This document shows, piece by piece, positions 7,906 through 18,400 of a stretch of DNA of 64,000 nucleotides. The position numbers were made by a program, and so were the translations under genes. Origin of the DNA: Sedimentisphaerales bacterium (lineage in GTDB: Bacteria > Planctomycetota > Phycisphaerae > Sedimentisphaerales > SM23-30); the NCBI GenBank assembly GCA_963663965.2, contig CAXXFK010000031.1, forward strand, positions 32,001-96,000, read 5' to 3'. The stretch's first letter is position 1. Every line of letters begins with the position of its first letter. Under the pieces are notes generated by a model. It was not told the DNA's origin. It made no database searches and worked only from the letters and a program-made list of their open reading frames with translations.

Positions 7906-9948
7906 ATGAAAAAGAAATATAACTTATTGATATTTATTGGCATTATGGCGGTCATGGCCATATCGATAGGCGGTTGCGAATCGAAAAATGAAGGTGGTAA
8001 GCAGGGCCCTGAAGCTTCTGTGAGGAGGGACGTCGAACCGCTGATTCTGGGGGTGATGGATCCGCTGGCATCGGATCTGGCGTGTGATTGTATCGCGGGA
8101 TATGCCCAACGGGATTACCGCTGGCTGGCGGGGAAATTGCAAGCGGCGTTGAAACGTGACGTGAAGCTGTATTTTTCGGAGAGCCTGGTGGATTTATATC
8201 GGATGACCGGGGATAAAGTGGATATCGTCATCGGGAAGGATTCGGTGATTCAGTATGATGCCGCAACGACAGCGACGGAACTGACACCGATTTTAAGTTT
8301 GCAAAATAAGGAGGGAGTTGGTACGTTCCGGGGATTGCTGGTTGTCAAAGGGGATAATCCGGCGAATTCACTGGCTGACCTGAATGGCAAGCGAATTGTA
8401 TTTGGGTTGGAAAAAAACATTGAAAAACATCGGGCGGCCATTGAAGCCTTAAATCGGGCCGGAGTGGCAGTAGCCAAGCCGGTGATGATGAGTCCCAGTT
8501 GTACCAACGCCGCCCTGGAAGTACTGGAGGACCGGGCGGACGCGGCGGCAATATCGGATTATGCCAAAGCCCTGATGCAGGGATGCCGTGTCGTGTCTGA
8601 GGGTGAATTGAAGGTGATCGGTCAGACAGAACCGGTGCCTTTTGTGGCAGTTTATGTGAATAGCGCATTGGATGAGACTGATCAAAAGGCGATTAAAACA
8701 GCTTTGAAAGGTCTGGAGAGAGGCGAGGAGCTTCTAGAAAAAATGGAAAGTGAGGGTGGGTTTGTCGATTACCCTTTTGAGTTGGCCGGCCTCGCGCAGG
8801 GTTGGAGACAATGGCGCGGGCCGGGCAGAGATGGACGAGTAGCGCGAATACCAAAACAACTAGAGGCAACCCCCAAGGTACGCTGGCGTATTGGAATGAC
8901 AGGGCCGGGAGTGGGCGGTCTGGCAGTGGTGGGGGATAAAGCAATTGTACCGGATAAAAGTGAGGCAGAGGATGAAGATGTGTTTCGGTGTCTGGCAATG
9001 ACCGATGGCAAGGAACTTTGGAGCGTGCGTTATGCGGCGAGTGGAGAAATGGATTATACCAATTCGCCCCGGGCAACGCCGCTGGTAGTACAGAACCGGG
9101 TATATCTGCTAGGCGCATTTGGGGATCTGGTGTGCGCAGGATTGCAGGATGGAGCGATTGACTGGCAAATCAATCTGGTCGATACATTTGGTGCAGAACT
9201 GGTGACGTGGGGGTACAGCTCGAGTTTAATGGTGGTTGGTGATCGATTGATTGTGAATCCAGGGGCACCGGATGCTTCAATTGTTGCATTGGATCGATGG
9301 AACGGGGAGTTGATATGGCGATGTGGCGGTGCGGCGGCCGCGTATGGCAGTTTTATGGCTAAGAAGCTGGGCGGCAATTTGCAAGTGGTTGGATATGATG
9401 CGGTTACGGCGGGCGGCTGGGATGTGGTGACGGGGAAACGGTTATGGACAATGAGACCGGATCAAGAAAATGATTTTAATGTGCCCACGCCGTTATTTCT
9501 GGATGATCTGATGGTGTTGGTGACTGAGAATAATGGGTGCCGGATTTATGCGTTTGATGAGAATGGGGTTTTGAAGGAGGATCCGGTTGCTGTCAATATG
9601 GATTACAAGCATGATACGGTAACGCCGGTCTGGACTGGGGGACGGATATTTGGGTGTAATGGTTATAATACTTTAATCTGTCTGGAAGACAGGCATTTAA
9701 AACCGATCTGGGAAAAAGAGGATGAGGTATTCGGGGATTATGCCAGCCTGATAGCCGATGATAAGCGGGTGCTGGTGGTGACGGTATCGGGTTACGCCAT
9801 ATTGATCGATGCCGGGGCGGATGAATACCGGGAAGAGGGACGAATGCAATTATATAATGAGCGTTCTGATTTGTATTCACACCCAGCGCTTGCGGGAGGA
9901 GCGCTGGTCATAAGAAATCACCAAGAAACAATTTGTATTGATTTATGA
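7906..9948 (+). CDS. Lipoprotein: PhnD/SsuA-like substrate-binding domain fused to a PQQ-like (BamB-type) beta-propeller
   Basis: AAGGA RBS; lipobox ISIGGC; FRGLLVVK..SLADLNGKRIVFG..ADAAAISDY..LKVIGQTEPVP (PhnD-like); then WRQWRGPGRDG, PRATPLV, GYSSS and YSHPALAGG (propeller). Confidence 0.8.
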   Translation: MKKKYNLLIFIGIMAVMAISIGGCESKNEGGKQGPEASVRRDVEPLILGVMDPLASDLACDCIAGYAQRDYRWLAGKLQAALKRDVKLYFSESLVDLYRMTGDKVDIVIGKDSVIQYDAATTATELTPILSLQNKEGVGTFRGLLVVKGDNPANSLADLNGKRIVFGLEKNIEKHRAAIEALNRAGVAVAKPVMMSPSCTNAALEVLEDRADAAAISDYAKALMQGCRVVSEGELKVIGQTEPVPFVAVYVNSALDETDQKAIKTALKGLERGEELLEKMESEGGFVDYPFELAGLAQGWRQWRGPGRDGRVARIPKQLEATPKVRWRIGMTGPGVGGLAVVGDKAIVPDKSEAEDEDVFRCLAMTDGKELWSVRYAASGEMDYTNSPRATPLVVQNRVYLLGAFGDLVCAGLQDGAIDWQINLVDTFGAELVTWGYSSSLMVVGDRLIVNPGAPDASIVALDRWNGELIWRCGGAAAAYGSFMAKKLGGNLQVVGYDAVTAGGWDVVTGKRLWTMRPDQENDFNVPTPLFLDDLMVLVTENNGCRIYAFDENGVLKEDPVAVNMDYKHDTVTPVWTGGRIFGCNGYNTLICLEDRHLKPIWEKEDEVFGDYASLIADDKRVLVVTVSGYAILIDAGADEYREEGRMQLYNERSDLYSHPALAGGALVIRNHQETICIDL

Positions 9949-10083
9949 CCATGAACTATTAAATTCAAACTGGCAACTTAACGGACTCTGATCATGCGGA
10001 AATTGGGTTTAAGGGAGCCTCTAATGATTCATTAAGGTCTGCAAACGGTCTGATCTTCCTCGTTTTCGCCTTTAGAGTTACCC

Positions 10084-10613
10084 TTAAGGTTTGTGCATAT
10101 ATTGTTCGATCAGGAGTGACATCTGTTCAGGGGTGACGCAGGGTGGACATCCTCATTGATCATAACAACAGGCGCCAGTCCACAGGTGCCGAGGCAACGG
10201 GTCTGTTCCAGGGTAAACATGCCATCCCGTGTGGTTTCGCCAAAGGTGATGCCGAGTTCTTCTACGACCTTGTTAGCAACCTTGTCAGCACCTTTAACGT
10301 AACAGGCGGTTCCCATACAGATATTAATGGTGTATTTACCACGAGGTTTGAGGCGGAAGAAATGATAGAAAGTGGCGACCCCTGATACTTCGGCAGTGGG
10401 GATTTGCATCAATTGAGCCACGGCGTCGATCTGTTGGCGGCTGATATAGCCGGAGTGTTCCTGAACTTTGTGCAGGACGGAAATGAGCTGACTTTTAGGA
10501 TGAGGCAGTTTTGCGGTTTTTTCGATAAACGCAACCACTTCCGGCGGCAGCAGGGCCTTTTGGGTTTCAAGATGATCTTTCAAGCTGGTACAGCAACAGG
10601 ATTTCGTTTCCAT
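10084..10613 (-). CDS. hydC: [FeFe]-hydrogenase 2Fe-2S subunit (NuoE/HydC-like); apparent frameshift near the C-terminus (ORF track stops at 10110)
   Basis: LISVLHKVQ, GVATFYHFF, CMGTACYVKG, CLGTCGLAP. Start overlaps the hydA stop (TAATG). The canonical-looking tail VTPEQMSLLIEQYMHKP* lies in another frame and ends at 10084. Confidence 0.85.
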
Positions 10614-12382
10614 TATTTAATCCCTCTGGGTAATTTGGGTTGGTAATGCGTATGGAGCAGTTCGTGAGCCTTGTGACTGCCGGGTTTTTCCAGGAATTTT
10701 TCGTAGATTTTGAGAATGGCGGGATTCTCATGAGATTTACGCAGTTTCTTGGAGGAGTCGATGGCATAAAGAGCGGATGCCCGCAGGATGGTCAGTTCCC
10801 GATCAAGGACATGCATATGCCGGGGCGGATAGGGCTGCCCGCCGCCGCCGATACAACCGCCAGGGCAGGCCATGATTTCGATCAGGTGATATTCTTTTTC
10901 GCCGGACATGACTTTATCGAGAATGGTTTTGGCGTTATTCAGGCCATTGGCGACCGCCAGATTGATGGTTTTGCCTTTGATATCAATGGAGGTTTCGCGG
11001 AGACCTTCAACCGCGCGGACATTTTTGAATTCAACATTTTCGCAAGGTTCACCGGTAATTTTTTCGTAGGCGGTTCGCAGGGCGGCTTCCATGACGCCGC
11101 CGGTGGTTCCAAAAATATCACCGGCGCCGGAGGCCATTCTCATGGGGGCATCGAAATCACCATCGGGCAGATTGATGAAATCAATGCCGTAGCATTTAAT
11201 CATCCAGATCAGTTCGCGGGTCGTCAGCACGGCATCGGTATGGGGGGTGCCATCGGGTTCCATATGTTCCGGGCGAGTCATTTCATATTTTTTGGCAACA
11301 CAGGGCATAATCGCCACCATATAGATTTTGGCCGGATCGATCCCATTCTGTTCAGCATACCAAGTTTTGGCCAGAGTGGAGAGCATGCTCATAGGCGATT
11401 TGCAGGATGAGGCATGGGGGATCAACTCCGGGTAGAATTTTTCCATGAAATTGACCCAGCCGGGCGAGCAGCTGGTAATCATCGGCAGAGGGCCTTTGCC
11501 GTTGAGCCGTTCGATGAATTCATTGGATTCTTCGACGATAGTCAGATCCGCGCTGAAATCGGAATCAAATACAGCATCAAACCCCAGGCGCCGCAGGGCG
11601 GTAACGGTCTTTTTGACCTCCGGCACTCCCGGAGGCAGGCCAAAGCCTTCGCCGATCGCGGCCCGAATCGAGGGCGCCACCTGGGCAACCACGTGGATAT
11701 TGGGATCTGCCAGGGCTTTCCAGACATCATCCGTATGGTTTTTCTCAAGGAAAGCAGCTGTAGGACATACATTAATGCATTGACCGCACTGGATACAGAC
11801 CGATTCATCCATATTGGCGCCATGGGCAGGACAGACCTCGGTGGTGAAGCCGCGACCCTGCTGCTGTAGGTTGCTGACACCCTGGACTTCGGCGCATACC
11901 CGGAAGCAACGCCCGCATAAGATGCACTTATTGGGATTGCGAACCACGCTTTTGCCGGTATCATCAATAGGGAACTCTTTACGTTTGCCTTCAAACAATC
12001 GTTCCCGCACACCGTAAGAGTAGGCCAGATTCTGCAATTCGCAGTTACCGTCCCGGTCACAGGTCTGACAATCTTTGGGATGGTTGTCGAGCAGGAGTTC
12101 GATAATGTCGCGGCGAGCCTGACGGATTTCGGGAGAATTGGTTCTGACTTCCATGCCGTCCCAGACTTTAACGGAGCAGGAGGCCATATAGAAATTGACA
12201 TTTTTCACATCGACAATACAAACCCGGCAGGATCCTTCCAGATGCAGGTCGGGGTGGTAGCATAAGCGGGGAATGCGAATGCCGATTTTTTCAGCCGCCT
12301 GCATAATAGTAGTGCCTTCAGGCACTGACAGGGGCATGTCGTTAATGGTTAATTTGATCATTTTTTTAGGATTGTGGGCCAT
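10613..12382 (-). CDS. hydA: Group A [FeFe]-hydrogenase catalytic subunit (HydA/HndD-like)
   Basis: H-cluster motifs TSCSPGW, MPCVAKKYE and EIMACPGGCIGGGGQP; N-terminal 2Fe-2S, His-ligated 4Fe-4S (HPKDCQTCDRDGNC) and 2x4Fe-4S; C-terminal ELLHTHY. Start set at ATG 12382 (GAGG RBS). Confidence 0.95.
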   Translation of the reverse strand: MAHNPKKMIKLTINDMPLSVPEGTTIMQAAEKIGIRIPRLCYHPDLHLEGSCRVCIVDVKNVNFYMASCSVKVWDGMEVRTNSPEIRQARRDIIELLLDNHPKDCQTCDRDGNCELQNLAYSYGVRERLFEGKRKEFPIDDTGKSVVRNPNKCILCGRCFRVCAEVQGVSNLQQQGRGFTTEVCPAHGANMDESVCIQCGQCINVCPTAAFLEKNHTDDVWKALADPNIHVVAQVAPSIRAAIGEGFGLPPGVPEVKKTVTALRRLGFDAVFDSDFSADLTIVEESNEFIERLNGKGPLPMITSCSPGWVNFMEKFYPELIPHASSCKSPMSMLSTLAKTWYAEQNGIDPAKIYMVAIMPCVAKKYEMTRPEHMEPDGTPHTDAVLTTRELIWMIKCYGIDFINLPDGDFDAPMRMASGAGDIFGTTGGVMEAALRTAYEKITGEPCENVEFKNVRAVEGLRETSIDIKGKTINLAVANGLNNAKTILDKVMSGEKEYHLIEIMACPGGCIGGGGQPYPPRHMHVLDRELTILRASALYAIDSSKKLRKSHENPAILKIYEKFLEKPGSHKAHELLHTHYQPKLPRGIK

Positions 12383-12393
12383 AGTAACCTCGG

Positions 12394-14310
12394 TTATTTT
12401 TTCAAGACAGCATGGAAGCGACAGACCTGATGGCAGCGTCCACATTTGATGCATTTTTCCTGGTCAATGATATGCGTTTCTTTGGGTCTGCCTGCGATAC
12501 AATTGACCGGGCAGTTCCGGGCGCAGAGGGTGCAACCCACGCAGGTTTCCGGATCAATCTGGTAACGGACCAGTGCGGTACATTTACACGCCGGGCAGTG
12601 TTTGTCATGGACGTGCGCCTCGTATTCCTGGCGGAAATATTTGATGGTGCTGAGGACGGGATTGGGAGCCGCCCGGCCCAGGCCGCACAACGACGTTTTC
12701 TGCACCAGTCGAGCCAGTCGTTCGAGCGTATCGATATCATCACTTTTGGCATTGCCGGAGGCGATCCGTTCAAGGATTTCCAGCATTCGGGTGGTCCCTT
12801 CGCGACAGGGCGTGCATTTGCCACAGGACTCAGACTGGGTAAACTGGAGGAAGAACTTGGCGATATCGACCATGCAATCCTCTTCATCCATAACAATCAT
12901 ACCGCCTGAGCCCATAATCGAGCCAACCGCCTGAAGGGAGTCAAAATCGACTTTGGTGTCGATAAACTCGGCAGGAATACAGCCGCCGGCCGGTCCGCCG
13001 GTCTGGATGGCTTTGAGTTTTTTGCCGCCGGGTATCCCACCGCCAACGTCAAAAACGATTTCGCGGAGAGTGGTTCCCATGGGGACCTCGATCAGGCCGG
13101 TATGGTTGATTTTTCCGGCGAGAGCAAAGACCTTGGTGCCACCGCTGTTATCGGTGCCGATTCCGGCAAACCATTCGGGACCATATTGACCGATGACCGG
13201 GATATTGGCCCAGGTTTCAACGTTGTTGATTACCGTGGGACAACCCCAGAGGCCCTTTTGGGTGGGGAAAGGCGGGCGGATACGGGGCTGGCCACGTTTG
13301 CCTTCAATCGAGTGGATGAGGGCTGTTTCTTCGCCACAGACAAACGCACCGGCGCCGAGACGGATTTCGAGATCGAAACTGAAATCGGAGCCCAAAATAT
13401 TATTACCGAGTAATTGGTGTTTTCGAGCCAGATCAATGGCGTTCTGGATGCGATTGATCGCCATGGGGTATTCTGCCCGGATGTATAAATATCCTTGTGA
13501 AGCTCCAATGGCAAAGGCGCCGATCGTCATGCCTTCGACAATGTTGAACGGATCGCCTTCCAGCATACTGCGATCCATAAATGCTCCAGGATCGCCTTCG
13601 TCCGCATTACAAATTACATATTTTTGTTCGGCTTCAACTTGTGCAGCGTTCTGCCACTTCAAGCCGGTGGGGTATCCACCACCGCCACGCCCCCGGAGTT
13701 TTGAGGCTATAATAGTATCGATAACGTCACGGGGATTATTCTTATCCAGAATTGACGCAAGGGCTTCGTAGCCGCCGGCACAGGTGTAGCCGAAAATACA
13801 TTCCGGATTAACGATCCCACTATTCCTGAGCGCGATACGTGTCTGGCGCCGGAAAAAGGCGACATCACCATATTTTTCGTAAAATCGTTGCCCAAATGGA
13901 AATGCCTGAGTTTCCTTCAGTGGAATGGTGGTAACATCCTCATCCGGAGGCTGCAACAGGTTTTCATTCAGGGGGTTTCGCTTCATGATGTGGCGAGTGA
14001 AGATTTTGTGCACCAGTTCGCGGTCAACCTTTTGATATTTGACGGGCGGTTCATCGGGAAACTGAATGCTGACAATGGGTTCACAACTGCAGCGTCCGGT
14101 GCATCCTACCTGTCGTAACAAGATATCCTGCCGGTCCGATGATTCGATATGTTTTTCCAGTTCATCAAAAACCGCACGAGCCCCAGCGGCATTTTCACAA
14201 GTAGCAGAACCTACCTGGATTTGAATCTGGTCGGGGGATTGTCGCGCGGTGCAATGCTGGCTGGCTTTTTGAAGGAACTCGCGATAACGGGTCATGATTG
14301 GTGAAGACAT
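12394..14310 (-). CDS. hydB: [FeFe]-hydrogenase diaphorase subunit (NuoF/HydB-like; FMN, NADH, Fe-S)
   Basis: N-terminal Trx-like 2Fe-2S (GCTGRC), LRGRGGGG, NADEGDPGAFMDR, GAFVCGEET, SCGKCTPCREG, C-terminal 2x4Fe-4S. Confidence 0.93.
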   Translation of the reverse strand: MSSPIMTRYREFLQKASQHCTARQSPDQIQIQVGSATCENAAGARAVFDELEKHIESSDRQDILLRQVGCTGRCSCEPIVSIQFPDEPPVKYQKVDRELVHKIFTRHIMKRNPLNENLLQPPDEDVTTIPLKETQAFPFGQRFYEKYGDVAFFRRQTRIALRNSGIVNPECIFGYTCAGGYEALASILDKNNPRDVIDTIIASKLRGRGGGGYPTGLKWQNAAQVEAEQKYVICNADEGDPGAFMDRSMLEGDPFNIVEGMTIGAFAIGASQGYLYIRAEYPMAINRIQNAIDLARKHQLLGNNILGSDFSFDLEIRLGAGAFVCGEETALIHSIEGKRGQPRIRPPFPTQKGLWGCPTVINNVETWANIPVIGQYGPEWFAGIGTDNSGGTKVFALAGKINHTGLIEVPMGTTLREIVFDVGGGIPGGKKLKAIQTGGPAGGCIPAEFIDTKVDFDSLQAVGSIMGSGGMIVMDEEDCMVDIAKFFLQFTQSESCGKCTPCREGTTRMLEILERIASGNAKSDDIDTLERLARLVQKTSLCGLGRAAPNPVLSTIKYFRQEYEAHVHDKHCPACKCTALVRYQIDPETCVGCTLCARNCPVNCIAGRPKETHIIDQEKCIKCGRCHQVCRFHAVLKK

Positions 14311-14742
14311 AGTAATATCCTACTTGCACAATACAATTTAGTCGTCCCATGGGGAATCTGGGAACCGTAATGGTAAAATCTCTCCGTTAAGAGGTATCCG
14401 CCAAACTTCGGCGAATCTTTAGTCGTAATGATTAAGATTTAAACAAATATCAGTGATTCATTTTGCCCCGAAATACAGGTGTTCTTAGCAGGGCAACAGA
14501 AACGAAGCAAGCATATAAACAATCGGCTCTGACTGATAAACTATAAGAATTTAGGCATACATAATGTAAAAATCAAATAGTAAATTGAATTTAACTTAAA
14601 TAATTAGCTGTACTTAACGTTTAACTGATATAATTAAATGTGTTTATTTTCACTATTATCGTATCCAACAGGCAAATTAAACCATAACATATTACAGTAT
14701 AATTCATTATGTAAATGTCAGGTTATAACAAGTTAGTAGTTC
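14311..14742. promoter_or_regulatory. AT-rich divergent promoter region between hydBAC and the ABC/propeller/Fe-S cluster
   Basis: 432-nt intergenic region between head-to-head genes, very AT-rich over 14550-14742, with TATAAT hexamers. Confidence 0.6.
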
Positions 14743-15423
14743 ATGCTTAAAATTAATAAATTAAATAAATCGTATGGCGATACCTCTTCCACCGATTATC
14801 AACAGGTTTTGTGTGGAGTCAATTTTGAGTTGATGACACGAGGAACTGTTGCGATCATGGGGCCATCCGGCTGTGGAAAGAGTACTTTACTAAATATTAT
14901 CGGCTGCCTGGACCGACCAGATAGCGGGTCGGTAATGCTAAACGATGTGGAACTGACCCGATTGAACGAACAAGAAATGGCCAGGATTCGTAATGAATCG
15001 ATCGGTTTCGTTTTTCAAATGCACCATCTGCTACCGCAATGCAGTGTATTGGAGAATATTTTGCTACCCGTGCTGGCCGGCAGGGTAAAACAGGTGTCTG
15101 GTGCAAGAGTTGACAGGGCATTACATCTGCTGGAACGTGTTGGTATGACGGACTATCAGAATAAGCGGCCAGGTGAGCTTTCGGGCGGACAGTGCCAGAG
15201 AACGGCTTTAGTCAGAGCCTTGATCAATCAGCCCAGATTACTGCTGGCGGATGAACCCACCGGTTCACTAGATCAGGCCAATGCTGAAACCTTAATGGAA
15301 TTATTATTGGAATTGAATCGTGAAGAAGGGACGAGTTTATTGGTGGTTACCCACGCAGAATCATTGGCCAGACACATGAATGATATCTTTCTACTCGAGA
15401 ATGGACAATTAAAATCGGCATGA
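14743..15423 (+). CDS. ABC transporter ATP-binding protein, LolD/MacB-like
   Basis: GPSGCGKST, IGFVFQMHHLL, ELSGGQCQR, LLADEPTGSLD, VVTH. Confidence 0.92.
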   Translation: MLKINKLNKSYGDTSSTDYQQVLCGVNFELMTRGTVAIMGPSGCGKSTLLNIIGCLDRPDSGSVMLNDVELTRLNEQEMARIRNESIGFVFQMHHLLPQCSVLENILLPVLAGRVKQVSGARVDRALHLLERVGMTDYQNKRPGELSGGQCQRTALVRALINQPRLLLADEPTGSLDQANAETLMELLLELNREEGTSLLVVTHAESLARHMNDIFLLENGQLKSA

Positions 15424-18400
15424 CCCTCTGGAAACTGATAAGGCAATCACTTTTCCATTACTGGCGTCCCAATCTGGGTGTCATGCTGGGAGTGGCTTTT
15501 TGTTCCGCAGTACTGGTCGGGGCATTGATGGTGGGTGATACTGTCCGAAGTACACTGAAACGGATGGTGCTGGAGCGCCTTGGTGATACCCAACTGGCTT
15601 TGGCAGGACAAGGCCGTTATGTTCGCAGTGAGTTAGCCCAGGATCTGGCGGAGTCCTTAAATGTAAAGGTTGCAGGAATCCTACAAACAGGCGGCATCGC
15701 TATTGAACCCACGCGTCAACTGCGCCTGAACCGCGTGAATGTTTATGGTGTTGACAAGGCGTTCTGGGCGATGGGATTAGAAAAGCAGGCAGTGGAGTTA
15801 GACAGTGACGAAGCTGCTATCAATGCTGTGTTTGCGCAACAACTGGGTGTCAATCCTGGTGATGACATTATTTTGAGAGTGGACAAATCTGGATTGCTAC
15901 CCCGGGAGATCCCATTCGCGGGAAAAGAAGACCAGACCGCAGCCATGCGATTACGGATAAAATGTATTCTGACAAACTCGCAGATGGGGCGATTTGGATT
16001 AAAAAATAATCAGGATGCTGTTTACAACCTGTTTGTTTCCCTTGATAGATTACAAGAAAAATCAGAGCTTCAGGGCAAAGCCAATATTATTCTAGCGGGA
16101 GAACCTGAAAAGCCGGTTGACCTGAACAGCGCCAATGAGAAATTAAGGAGATGCCTGCGCCCGGATGATCTGGAACTGAAGTTTAAAGTCCTTACAAAGG
16201 ATACGGTTCAGATACAGAGCGGGCGAGTATTTCTGGATCATATTGTTGTCGAAAACATCAAAAAGACTATACCCGAATCGTCAGGTATTCTGGCTTATTT
16301 TGTCAATTCCATTATCAGCGCCAATCATTCCACACCCTATTCGATGATTGCCGGAATTGATCATGACATGTGCCAGGATCTGGGTATCACCCTTGAACCT
16401 GATGATATAGTGGTAAGTCGCTGGCTGGCAGATGACTTGAAGGTTGAGACAGGAGATCCCATTCGCCTGAGTTACTGGGTATTGTCAGAGGATGGCAGTG
16501 GTCTGGTGGAGCAAAGTCACGAATTCAAGGTGGCCGGTATTATTACTCAGGCCGGCGACCGGGATATGATGCCGGATATGCCGGGTTTATCCGATGCCGG
16601 GAATTGCCGGGAATGGAAAGCTGGAATTCCAATCGATTTTGGCCGTATCCGTGCTGAAGATGAGGCTTATTGGGAAACCTATCGAGGCACCCCCAAGGCC
16701 CTTATCAGCCTGGAAACCGCTCAGAAGATATGGGGAAACCGATGGGGGCGGCTCACTGAAATACGTATTAAGGGGAATGATATCAACAAATTCTCGAAAA
16801 AGGTTCTTGGCGAAATCAATCCAGGAGAGCTTGGACTGCAATTCAGAGATGTCAGGGGGCCGGCGTTAGCCGGAGCATCCGGACAAACCGATTTTGGACA
16901 GCTGTTTCTGGGTATGAGTATGTTTTTAATCGGATCGGCCCTGATATTACCAGCAATGCTATTTGCCTTAACGGTTCGCGGACGGAACAAACAGATCGCC
17001 CTGCTCAGGATTATCGGCTTTGAAACCGGAACTGTCCGACAGATCATCCTGGTTGAAGCCCTGATTCTGGTTCTAGCCGGGACAGGTCTTGGACTATTAT
17101 TGGCGGGGGGGTATGCCGGAATCATTACTGCTACCCTGAATTCAAATTGGCTGGCAGTAACCGGTACGAGCGAATTGCGTCTATTTATTTCGCCACAATC
17201 AATGATCGGTGGTAGTCTGGCCAGCGTTTTAATGGGGATGGGCAGTGTATGGCTGGCATTAAGACGTGATTTTAAACGGCGCGATCTGGATATGTTACAC
17301 GGCAGAGTGGCTTATCAAGTTAAATCTTCCCGATGGAAGAAGTGGACTGGATTAATTCTAACTGGACTGGCAATTACCACGATGTTATATTCCGTTATTT
17401 CGGCAAAGGATGCTACGGAAATATTTTTCATGAGCGGCAGTCTGCTGCTGGCAGGCGGCATATTTGTGTTTTCGTGGCAGTTATCTAAAACGAATACCAC
17501 AAAACCGAACTCAATATTCAGTATGGGGCAGTTAATCTCGCGCGGCTTGCAGCGGACACCCGGACGGATTCAGGCTGTCGCTGTAATTGTTGCCTGCGGA
17601 GTTTTTATGGTGGTTGCCGTTGGATCCAGCCAAAAAAATCCATTGAAAAACTCAGAAGCGCGCAGTTCAGGAACAGGGGGTTATGCCTTACTGGCTCAGA
17701 CTACGATTCCGATATCCGTGGATCTTGACAGTCAAGAGGCCATTACCCGTTTCGCACTTGATCCAGAATTAATGCGGGATGTATCGATTCTATCCGTGCG
17801 GGTACATGAAGGTGATAATGCCGGATGCCTGAATCTGAATAAGCCGGTGAATCCGGCAATCCTGGGTATTTCGGTGGTTGAATTGGTCAAAAATAAACCA
17901 TTTACCATTGTAAAAACTGAGAAAGGGCTGAAAGCCGACTGGCAAATTCTGGAAGGGGAAGGAGCGGTTACCCCGGTAATAACTGATCAGAGCGCGATTC
18001 TCTGGTCACTGGGAAAAAAACTGGGCGACCGGATACCGTATCCTGATCAGCGTGGGGGGCAGTGTGAGCTTGAATTGGCGGGTGGATTGAATAATTCGAT
18101 TTTGCAAGGATATCTTATTATTTCGGAAGAACGTTTCAAGGAACTGTTCCCGGAAGACAGCGGATATCGGTTCTTTTTAATCGACTGTCAGCCAGATAAG
18201 ATACAGGCTTTAGAAACCATGCTGCAACGTTCACTGGCGGATGTTGGTATTGACATAGAAAGAAGTGCCGATCGATTAGGACGTCTTTATGCTTTAGAAA
18301 ACACCTATATGACAATATTTATGCAATTGGGTGGATTGGGCATGATCCTGGGAACTGTCGGAATGGCTGTGGTTGTTTTCCGTAATGTGATGGAGCGCCG

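Noticed and set aside
14638..14655. Rex-like box ATGTGTT-TATT-TTCACTA in the hyd divergent promoter
   Set aside because: Four of 14 positions differ from TTGTGAA-N4-TTCACAA in very AT-rich DNA, so it is not distinguishable from chance without a PWM scan.
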